Shown: piece after piece, positions 16,440 to 24,292 of the stretch
How the letters are laid out: each line of letters starts with the position of its first letter
How positions within the stretch are numbered: position 1 is the first letter of the stretch
Virus record (IMG/VR): IMGVR_UViG_3300030450_003104
Span: 1-43,538 of that record
Direction: 5' to 3' (one strand)
Source of the DNA: a virus
Lineage: Duplodnaviria; Caudoviricetes
DNA length: 43,538 nucleotides
Position numbers and translations under genes: made by a program
The notes under the pieces: model-generated
What the model was told of the DNA's origin: nothing
Seen by the model: only the letters and a program-made list of their open reading frames with translations
Database searches by the model: none

Positions 16440-17093
16440 ATGAAACCGATGCCAAGACGAATCGACGCGCCAATCTTTGAGCGTCTGTTGCGGGACGTCC
16501 CGCGTGATGATAACGGCGAAATTATCCGGCATCCCCTCAGCGAACGCCACATGGACCTCGTTGACTACTATATGGACGGCGCTCCTATGAAAAAGGCCAT
16601 GATGGCCGTAGGATATATGGAAGCCACGGCAACAGCTAATGCCGCCCGAACTTTTCGAAGAAAAGACGTAGTGGCGGAAATTGCTTGGCGACGGGAACAG
16701 CTGAAAAAGCGGTATAACATATCCGAGGAGCGCATCCTTGAGGAAATGGCCTCAATTGCTTTTACCAATTATGGCGACATTATGGAAATAAGCGAGGACG
16801 GCACGGCTTATGTAGATCTGACCAAGATGACTGACGAGCATAAAGCAGCCATTTCTGAAATTGTCACCGAAGAGTACAAGGAAGGCAGAACAGCTGACGG
16901 TGCTGTAGTTCTTAAAACGAAAGTCAAGTTTTATAGCAAACTCGATGCTCTGCAGATGCTGGCAAAAACGCTTGGCATGTTCAATGACAGGATCGATGTC
17001 AATATAAATGTAGGTATCATGGATGCTCTGGACGCCGGTCGTAAGCGACTGGCTCTGGCTAAAGACGTCACACCTTATTCGTTGCAGGATTAG
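16440..17093 (+). CDS. terS: Terminase small subunit
   Basis: A..VGY...A...A.R HTH-like segment, IL.E...IAF, VKFYSKLDALQMLAKTLGMF; precedes terL; start uncertain. Confidence 0.88.
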   Translation: MKPMPRRIDAPIFERLLRDVPRDDNGEIIRHPLSERHMDLVDYYMDGAPMKKAMMAVGYMEATATANAARTFRRKDVVAEIAWRREQLKKRYNISEERILEEMASIAFTNYGDIMEISEDGTAYVDLTKMTDEHKAAISEIVTEEYKEGRTADGAVVLKTKVKFYSKLDALQMLAKTLGMFNDRIDVNINVGIMDALDAGRKRLALAKDVTPYSLQD

Positions 17094-18686
17094 ATGGTAG
17101 GTTTTTCAGAACGCAACACAAATGGTATTAACGGGAAAAAAGACCCCAACCTGAGGCTTGCGGAGGCTATATCGCAGTTTACAGGGGATCCATTGGGGTT
17201 TGTAATTTTTGCGTTTCCTTGGGATACCGACAAATCGATTCAGCAAGTCAAGCTGCCAGAAAAATACAAGGACCGGTTTAACACGGAATACGGTCCTGAT
17301 CTGTGGGCTTGCGAGTACCTTGATGAGTTAGGTGAGCACATCAGGGACAGGGCGTTTGACGGTGAAACTGCTGTTATGCCCATACAGATGGCCACATCAT
17401 CCGGGCACGGTATTGGCAAATCGGCCCTTGTGGCTTGGCTTATCCTGTTTGTTATGTGCACGAGAAAGCTGTGCAACGGTGTTGTCACGGCTAATACGGC
17501 AGAGCAGTTAAGGACAAAGACGTGGGCAGAGGTTGGAAAGTGGCATAAGAGGTGTATTGCGAGCCATTGGTTTGAGTACACGTCCGGTCGTGGAGCCATG
17601 TCTCTTTACCATAAGGAGCACCCCAAAGAGTGGAAGGTGAACGCCCAGACGTCTCGGGAAGAAAACTCAGAAGCGTTTGCTGGCCTTCACGCCGCTAACT
17701 CGACACCATTTTACATTTTTGATGAAGCATCAGGTATCCCCGAAAAGATCTTTGAGGTCCGAGAAGGTGGTACAACTGACGGCGAACCCATGGTTTTTGA
17801 CTTCGGTAACCCGACGCGAAACAGTGGGCGGTTCTATGAAGAGTGCGTTGGCAAATTTAAGAAACGCTGGAGCTACCGTGAGATCGACAGCCGGTCTGTG
17901 CAAATCACTAACAAGGTAAGGATCGATGAGTGGGTAGAGGACTATGGCGAGGACAGTGATTTTGTCAAGGTTCGTGTCAGGGGTGTCTTCCCTTCGGCGG
18001 GTTCGCTGCAGTTTATTCCAACGGAATATGTCGAAGCAGCCATGGGCAGGCAAGCCACGCCAGACAGAACACAGGCTTTGGCAATTGGAGTCGACGTGGC
18101 CCGTCAAGGCGACGACGAAAGCGTCATATACCCACGTCTTGGAAATGATGCAAAATCATTTGAGCCCCGAAGATTTACCGGCCTTGATACTGTGCAGATG
18201 GCGTCAAAAGTTATCGATTGCGTCAATGAGTTCAGGGCCATGGGCGTTCCAATTGGCGGAATATTTGTTGATGGCGGCGGTATTGGTGCCGGTGTTGTTG
18301 ATCAGCTGAGGCATACGGGGTACAGCCCTATTGAAATCCAGTTCGGTAGTAGACCGGGGGATCCTCGCAAGTATCGGTTTAAAGTAGACGAGATGTGGGG
18401 GCGCATGAAGGAAGCCATCAGACTTGGCCTTGCGCTGCCTAGCGAGGGACGCATTTCTGAAGAAATCAAGACTCAATTGACCCAGAGAGAGTTTGGCTTT
18501 ACTTTGAAAGACCAGATAAATCTGGAGACAAAGAAGGATATGAAGGCCCGTGGGATCTCATCCCCAGACATCATTGATGCTCTGGCCCTGACTTATGCTC
18601 AAGAACTTGCTCCTTTGGAAACCCCTTTTGGTGTGACGTCACACCGCTTTGCAAAACACGATTACGACCCCCTTCAAGCTGCATAA
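17094..18686 (+). CDS. terL: Terminase large subunit
   Basis: SSGHGIGKS, FDEASGI, GNPTR, GVDVARQGDD, SPDIIDAL. Confidence 0.96.
   Translation: MVGFSERNTNGINGKKDPNLRLAEAISQFTGDPLGFVIFAFPWDTDKSIQQVKLPEKYKDRFNTEYGPDLWACEYLDELGEHIRDRAFDGETAVMPIQMATSSGHGIGKSALVAWLILFVMCTRKLCNGVVTANTAEQLRTKTWAEVGKWHKRCIASHWFEYTSGRGAMSLYHKEHPKEWKVNAQTSREENSEAFAGLHAANSTPFYIFDEASGIPEKIFEVREGGTTDGEPMVFDFGNPTRNSGRFYEECVGKFKKRWSYREIDSRSVQITNKVRIDEWVEDYGEDSDFVKVRVRGVFPSAGSLQFIPTEYVEAAMGRQATPDRTQALAIGVDVARQGDDESVIYPRLGNDAKSFEPRRFTGLDTVQMASKVIDCVNEFRAMGVPIGGIFVDGGGIGAGVVDQLRHTGYSPIEIQFGSRPGDPRKYRFKVDEMWGRMKEAIRLGLALPSEGRISEEIKTQLTQREFGFTLKDQINLETKKDMKARGISSPDIIDALALTYAQELAPLETPFGVTSHRFAKHDYDPLQAA
18630..18645. repeat. 16-bp palindrome, perfect copy inside terL 3' end
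   Basis: GGTGTGACGTCACACC encoding GVTSH. Confidence 0.97.
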
Positions 18687-18696
18687 GAGAAATCAG

Positions 18697-18918
18697 ATGT
18701 GCATGTTCAGTAGTCCTAAGCCTCCCCCTGTTCCTAAACCTCTACCCCTTCCAGAGCCGGCCCCAACTATAACAGACGAATCCGTTTCAAAGGCTGGTGA
18801 GAGAAACAGAAAGAGAGCAGCGCTAGCACAGGGCGCAAATAGCACCATACTGACTAGCGGTTTTGGTTTGTCGGGCTCTGGTGGTGCTACGGCTCAGAAA
18901 ACTGCTCTTGGCAGATAA
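18697..18918 (+). CDS. Small Pro-rich putative virion protein preceding portal
   Basis: MCMFSSPKPPP...STILTS..G...KTALG, typical of podovirus pre-portal genes. Confidence 0.8.
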   Translation: MCMFSSPKPPPVPKPLPLPEPAPTITDESVSKAGERNRKRAALAQGANSTILTSGFGLSGSGGATAQKTALGR

Positions 18919-18942
18919 GAGCGTTTACGCAGGAGACACAAT

Positions 18943-20634
18943 ATGCACGCGGACTATTACAAAGACGAGACAACTCGGCAAAAACTAAACAAGCGATTTG
19001 GTGCCCTGCGTACAGAGCGTGAGTCATTTATTTCTCACTGGAAAGAACTGTCTAGATTCATTCAGCCCCGACGTGGTCGGTTTCTTGTAACAGACCGCAA
19101 CAAAGGTGATAAGCGCTGGGAAGAGATTATCAATAGCAGGGCTACGCTGGCACACCGTATCGCACGCGCTGGTATCTTTGCGGGCATTATGTCTCCGACG
19201 CGCCCTTGGCATACTCTTGAGACGTCAGACCCGAGCCTCATGGAGTCCGCCGCTGTACGAATGTGGCTAAATGATGTCGTGCTTTTGCAGCGAGAGATCT
19301 TTAGTCAAAGCAACTTGTACCGAATGGCACCCCGTATGATCGGAGAGATGCTGACTTTTGGTACAGGAGCTATGTTGCACGTAGATAACTTTGATGATGT
19401 AGCTAGGTTCTACACGCAGACAGTTGGCTCTTACGTCATCTCGCAGAACGACAAGTATGAAATAGATACTTTTGGTCGTGAGTTCCAGATGACGACGTCG
19501 CAGATGGTCGAGCGGTTTGGGTATGATAAGTGCAGCTACCAAGTGCAGTGCGCGTATGATAAGTCCGACTATGATGCATGGTTCGACGTGCATCACTTCT
19601 TGCTCCCTAATGAGATGATGAAGTCCTCCAGCCCATTTGCTGATGGCAAGCCATTTGCATCTATTTATTACGAGCCGGGGGATGACACACTCGATGGCAC
19701 TTTGAAGGTCGAAGGGTTCCACGAGTTTCCGGGATACTTCCCTCGTTGGGATGTGACGGGGGAGGATGTGTACGGCACAGACTGCCCCGGCATGACAGCT
19801 TTAGGCGACATCAAAGGTCTTCAGGTTGAGGAAAAACGAAAGGCTCAGGGTCTTGATCTTCAGGTGAACCCGCCGCTGAAGGGTCCTCCGTCTTTGCGTA
19901 ATTCGTCGGAAGTTACATCTTTGCCGGGGGGCCTTAACATATACGAACCGGGGCAAAGTTCGGAAGGCCTTACTCCTGTCTACAATGTCAATTTGCCGTT
20001 TAACGAGTTGCGTCTTGATATTGATTCTGTGGAACGCAGGATTAACGAAGTGTTTTTCGTAGATCTGTTCCTAGCCATTTCGCAGATGGAAGGCATCCAG
20101 CCGCGCAATCAGCTGGACATTATGCAGCGCCACGAAGAGCGGCTGTTGCAGATTGGTCCTGTGCTGGAGTCTATGCATAATGAGTTTCTGTCCAAGCTAG
20201 TTGACAGGACGTTTAACCAAATGGCCCGCGCTAATATTCTTCCGCCGCCGCCGCCGGAGCTCCAAGGCGTTGAGCTAAACGTCAAATTTATTTCGTCTTT
20301 GGCCATGGCGCAGAGAGCTGTTGCTACGGAAACTATCGACAAGACTATCGCTTTTGCGGGTGCTCTTGCTGGGGCCGGATGGACCGGAGCGCTTGACAAG
20401 GTCGATGCTGATCAGAGTATTGATGAATATGCTAAGGCTATCGGTACTCCTCCAAGAGTTATCGTTCCTGATGATGTCGTGGCAGCACGGCGTCAAGAGC
20501 GTCAACAGATGCAGCAACAGCAGCAGGCTATGGAGATGGCGCAGAGTGCTGCCAACACCGCGAAGATGGCGTCAGATGCTAAAACTGGAGAGAAGAATCT
20601 CTTAACTGATGTAACTGCGGCGACTAGTGGCTGA
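18943..20634 (+). CDS. Portal / head-to-tail connector (T7 gp8/BPP-1 type)
   Basis: PTRPW, FGTG, RW....DVYG..PG..ALGDIK.LQ, EERLLQIGPVLE. Confidence 0.94.
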   Translation: MHADYYKDETTRQKLNKRFGALRTERESFISHWKELSRFIQPRRGRFLVTDRNKGDKRWEEIINSRATLAHRIARAGIFAGIMSPTRPWHTLETSDPSLMESAAVRMWLNDVVLLQREIFSQSNLYRMAPRMIGEMLTFGTGAMLHVDNFDDVARFYTQTVGSYVISQNDKYEIDTFGREFQMTTSQMVERFGYDKCSYQVQCAYDKSDYDAWFDVHHFLLPNEMMKSSSPFADGKPFASIYYEPGDDTLDGTLKVEGFHEFPGYFPRWDVTGEDVYGTDCPGMTALGDIKGLQVEEKRKAQGLDLQVNPPLKGPPSLRNSSEVTSLPGGLNIYEPGQSSEGLTPVYNVNLPFNELRLDIDSVERRINEVFFVDLFLAISQMEGIQPRNQLDIMQRHEERLLQIGPVLESMHNEFLSKLVDRTFNQMARANILPPPPPELQGVELNVKFISSLAMAQRAVATETIDKTIAFAGALAGAGWTGALDKVDADQSIDEYAKAIGTPPRVIVPDDVVAARRQERQQMQQQQQAMEMAQSAANTAKMASDAKTGEKNLLTDVTAATSG

Positions 20635-20974
20635 GATTCTCGACCACGGTAACCCGGACGATGTGTTGCGTTTTAAGGAAGAGCAACACAAACTGTCTTT
20701 ACAGGCTGATGAGGATTTAAGAAACATATTAAGCAGCTACGGTGGGCGCAGTTTCTTTTGGGATATATTATCAGAATGCGGGGTATACGGATCTACACAC
20801 CGAGGAGAACTGACGCATGAAACGTCATTTCTAGAGGGAAAGCGTAAAATAGGTTTGTGGACTATGGAGCGTATGTTTACAGTGGACCCTAATGCATATA
20901 CATTGATGCGCTCAGAAGCTGAGGCTCGCACCAGAGCCAGAGCACTGGAAAAGGAAGTGAACTACCATGACTGA
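20627..20974 (+). CDS. Bbp19-like conserved protein
   Basis: DL..IL....GR.F.W.IL...G, F.EGKR.IGL; position after portal. Confidence 0.8.
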   Translation: MAEILDHGNPDDVLRFKEEQHKLSLQADEDLRNILSSYGGRSFFWDILSECGVYGSTHRGELTHETSFLEGKRKIGLWTMERMFTVDPNAYTLMRSEAEARTRARALEKEVNYHD

Positions 20975-21572
20975 CGAAACGGGCGACAAAACTGCTCTTG
21001 CAGTAGAGGCAGAAGAGACAACTAGTACTGCTCTCGGCGGCGAGGATGCAGTTACTGATTCTGCGACTGAGGTAAAAGAAGAATCGGATGCTCCTCAAGG
21101 AGCGCCGGAAGCCTATGAGGATTTCACTGTCCCTGAAGGCTACGACATAGACTCTGAACAGTTAAAACAGTTTAGTGAGATTGCTCGCGAGTTAAATCTC
21201 ACTCAGGAACACGCGCAACGTCTCGTCGATTTTGAGGCTGAACGTGTGGCGAAGCTTCATGAAAGCAAAGGCGACGTTGTTGCCGATATGCGTGCTGAGT
21301 GGAGTGAGCAGGCTCATAATGACCGGGAAATCGGTGGGGCCAACTACGACGAGAGTTTGGCGTTCGCCCGCCAAGCTCTGAAAGCCGTTGGGACTCCAGA
21401 GTTGTACAATGCTCTGGAACTCACCGGCACCGGGGACCACCCGGAGTTCATCCGTGTCTTCTCTAAGATTGGGAGAGAAGTTGCGGAAGGTCGGCTTGAC
21501 TTCGGCAAGGGCAACCCCACGCCCGAGACGTCGAGGGATCCGGCGAAAACTCTGTATCCCAACATGAACTGA
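20967..21572 (+). CDS. Capsid scaffolding/assembly protein
   Basis: APEAYEDF..PEG, ELNLTQE.AQ.L, D.EIGG, G.GDHPE.IR.F..IG, LYPNM. Confidence 0.85.
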   Translation: MTDETGDKTALAVEAEETTSTALGGEDAVTDSATEVKEESDAPQGAPEAYEDFTVPEGYDIDSEQLKQFSEIARELNLTQEHAQRLVDFEAERVAKLHESKGDVVADMRAEWSEQAHNDREIGGANYDESLAFARQALKAVGTPELYNALELTGTGDHPEFIRVFSKIGREVAEGRLDFGKGNPTPETSRDPAKTLYPNMN

Positions 21573-21587
21573 CAAGGAGTCTGACTC

Positions 21588-22592
21588 ATGGCTGTACTTT
21601 CGGTCCGTAATCCGACCCTTCTTGATCTGGCAAAAGCCACTGATCCTGATGGCCGTATTGCGACAATTGTCGAAATCCTCAACGAGACTAATGAGGTGCT
21701 CGAAGATATGGTTTGGATGGAAGGAAATCTTCCTACCGGCCATCGTACTACGATTCGCTCTGGTATCCCTACTCCGACGTGGCGTAAGCTTTACGGCGGC
21801 GTTCAACCGACCAAGTCGACTAACGTGCAGGTCACAGACAACTGTGGCATGCTGGAAGCCTATGCCGAAATCGACAAGGCTTTGGCCGACTTGAACAACA
21901 ACACGGCTGCGTTCCGTCTTTCCGAAGACCGTCCGCACATTGAAGGTATTGCGCAAGAAATTGCTGATACCTTGTTCTACGGTAACGAAGGCACAGAGCC
22001 TGAAGCCTTTACCGGTTTCGCGCCGCGATACAATAGCCTGAGTGCTGAGAACGCCGACAATATCATCGTCGGTGGTGGTTCTGGTTCTGATAACGGGTCT
22101 ATCTGGCTTGTTGTCTGGGGCGAGTCCACTTGCCATGGTGTGATCCCGAAAGGATCGTCTGCTGGTCTGCAGCATCGTGATATGGGGGAAGTTACCCTCG
22201 AAGACGCTAGTGATGGGTCCAACTCGGGCCGCATGCAGGCGTATCGTACCCACTATCGCTTTGATGCTGGCTTGACAGTGCGTGACTGGCGTTATGTCGT
22301 TCGTATCCCGAATATCGATAAGTCCACTCTTGTGAAGGACGCGGCATCGGGTGCGGATCTGAATGACCTGATGTTTCAGGCTTCCGAGCGTGTACCGAAC
22401 TTGAATGCGGGCAAGGCCTGCTTCTATATGTCTCGTGACATGCGTACGTTCCTGAGGCGTCAGAACGCTAACCTGCGATCCGGTTCGACACTGTCCTACG
22501 ATGAGGTCGGTGGGCGTAAGGTCATGAGTTTCCACGGCATTCCGATTAAGCGTTGTGACGCTCTCGCTGCCGACGAAGCTCTTGTGTCCTGA
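21588..22592 (+). CDS. Major capsid protein (BPP-1/epsilon15-like)
   Basis: TLLD.AK..DP, NE.LEDM.W.EGN..TGH, FRLSED, GL.VRDWRYVVRI.NID, F.GIPI. Confidence 0.95.
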   Translation: MAVLSVRNPTLLDLAKATDPDGRIATIVEILNETNEVLEDMVWMEGNLPTGHRTTIRSGIPTPTWRKLYGGVQPTKSTNVQVTDNCGMLEAYAEIDKALADLNNNTAAFRLSEDRPHIEGIAQEIADTLFYGNEGTEPEAFTGFAPRYNSLSAENADNIIVGGGSGSDNGSIWLVVWGESTCHGVIPKGSSAGLQHRDMGEVTLEDASDGSNSGRMQAYRTHYRFDAGLTVRDWRYVVRIPNIDKSTLVKDAASGADLNDLMFQASERVPNLNAGKACFYMSRDMRTFLRRQNANLRSGSTLSYDEVGGRKVMSFHGIPIKRCDALAADEALVS

Positions 22593-22634
22593 TCGACTCT
22601 TTAAAACCTTGAGCCCGAGAAAGGAGACAAGCTC

Positions 22635-23108
22635 ATGATTATCGACGAACGCTTGGAGTTTGCTGACGCAGTATCAGTCGCCGCATCTGCCGGCACTGCT
22701 AACATTGGTGACGTCATCGACTCATCTGTTGCTCGCGACCTTGGCAATGGTCAGCCCGTTTATCTCGTTATCAGCGTTGATACCGAGATTATTACGGGAG
22801 GCGCTGCAGGTACTTTGAAGTTCCTGCTCGTTTCTGACGCGACAAGCACAATTGCTACTGACGGTTCGGCCACGCAGCATTACGACTCCGGTACTTTTGT
22901 TACCGATGGTACGGATGCGAACGGGGCTAAGATGAAGGCCGGTCAGTTCCCTGTAGTTGTCGCTCTTCCGATGGAAGGCAACGAGTACGAGCGGTATCTT
23001 GCTGTGCAGGCTGTCACTGCTACGACAACCACTACAGCAGGCGCTATCAATGCGTTCCTGACGCTGGACCCGCATGGCTGGGTTGCTTACGCGGATGGAT
23101 CTAACTAG
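22635..23108 (+). CDS. Capsid cement/decoration protein (Bbp16-like)
   Basis: MIID..LEF.DA, DLGNG.P.YL, YERYL, G.INAFL; follows MCP. Confidence 0.85.
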   Translation: MIIDERLEFADAVSVAASAGTANIGDVIDSSVARDLGNGQPVYLVISVDTEIITGGAAGTLKFLLVSDATSTIATDGSATQHYDSGTFVTDGTDANGAKMKAGQFPVVVALPMEGNEYERYLAVQAVTATTTTTAGAINAFLTLDPHGWVAYADGSN

Positions 23109-23138
23109 GTAGCGATGTGATGTTACACTAGTAGAGTA

Positions 23139-23168
23139 GGGAGCCTGCTTCTGCGGGCTCCCTTTTCT
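23139..23168 (+). terminator. Rho-independent terminator after capsid genes
   Basis: GGGAGCCTGC/GCGGGCTCCC followed by TTTT. Confidence 0.85.
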
Positions 23169-23191
23169 CTAAACCGGAAGGAGTACACGTT

Positions 23192-23278
23192 ATGCCAAAA
23201 GGTAAAGGCACATACGGATCAAAGGTCGGCAGGCCTCCGAAGCCTAAATCTGCTTCAAAGAAGACCACCAAGAAGTAA
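23192..23278 (+). CDS. 28-aa highly basic peptide
   Basis: MPKGKGTYGSKVGRPPKPKSASKKTTKK; AAGGAG RBS. Confidence 0.75.
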   Translation: MPKGKGTYGSKVGRPPKPKSASKKTTKK

Positions 23279-23334
23279 CATGATAAGGGTCCTGCTCGCG
23301 CAGGATCCTGTTTCTCTACACTGGGGAGAATTAT

Positions 23335-23664
23335 ATGCCACGAGTTCTTTTACGACGCACATGGTTTGCGCCGACCGATGTCGTCAAAGTCGACCGCCTT
23401 CGCACCATGGCGGGTCATCGTTTTCGGCGGGGGGAACAAGATATCCCCGAAGAGTACATGGATTATATCCCTTCTGATGCGGAAGTATTAGACGAAAATG
23501 CCCCGGCTGCACCGGCCACGCCTGTTGAGGAAACAGAGCATGCACACGAGGAATCTATTGCGGACGCCTCTGACGATATTGAAACCAAGCAAGCTTTATT
23601 TCGGGCTGAACTTGAAGCAGAGGCTAAACCTAAGAAGCGAGGTCGCCCCCGCAAGGAGTCCTGA
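23335..23664 (+). CDS. Hypothetical protein with C-terminal AT-hook-like motif
   Basis: GGGGAG RBS; ends KPKKRGRPRKES. Confidence 0.75.
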   Translation: MPRVLLRRTWFAPTDVVKVDRLRTMAGHRFRRGEQDIPEEYMDYIPSDAEVLDENAPAAPATPVEETEHAHEESIADASDDIETKQALFRAELEAEAKPKKRGRPRKES

Positions 23665-23692
23665 AGCACCACATGTAAACCGGGGTTAAATT

Positions 23693-24292
23693 ATGGCTGC
23701 TAGTGACGTTACAATTGCCAATCTGGCTCTCTCACGTTTGAGGGCTGGAACTATTTCGTCTATGGGGGAAAATTCTCCTGAAGCCAAGTACTCCAGCATC
23801 TGGTACAATGAAAGTCGAAAGCAACTTCTAGAGTCTTTTGACTGGGGGTTTGCCCGGCGTACGGAAATTCTAGCTGTTCATGGTGACGCTGCTCCCACTA
23901 CGCGTTGGGATTTCAGATATGCCATGCCAAGCGGCTGTATCGCAGCCCGGTACATTCAGAATCCTGTCGGTACTACGGCAGATCCTGTACCCTACCAGAT
24001 TGAAATGAATGACGCCGGAACCGAGCCTACTCTGGTGACAAATTTAGAAGACGCTGTCTTAATATATACTTACGATCTTTCCACCACGACTCTGTTCAGC
24101 CCTTCATTTGTCGACGCACTTAGCTGGCTACTGTCTTATAACATGGCGTGGCCATTGACAGGGAAAGGGGAGCTTCAGGATCGCGCGGAAAGAGGGTTCA
24201 ATATCTCGATGAGAGCTGCAGCTGCGCACGATGCAAATGAGCAAAAATATGAACCTCGCAGACAGGCATCGTGGATTGAAGCGAGGAACTGA
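23693..24292 (+). CDS. Tail adaptor / tail tubular protein A
   Basis: IANLALSRL, LE..DW.FA, W...Y..P..C, F..SFVDAL...L. Confidence 0.88.
   Translation: MAASDVTIANLALSRLRAGTISSMGENSPEAKYSSIWYNESRKQLLESFDWGFARRTEILAVHGDAAPTTRWDFRYAMPSGCIAARYIQNPVGTTADPVPYQIEMNDAGTEPTLVTNLEDAVLIYTYDLSTTTLFSPSFVDALSWLLSYNMAWPLTGKGELQDRAERGFNISMRAAAAHDANEQKYEPRRQASWIEARN

Noticed and set aside
21192-22535. 447-aa - strand ORF
   Set aside because: Antisense shadow of scaffold and capsid genes
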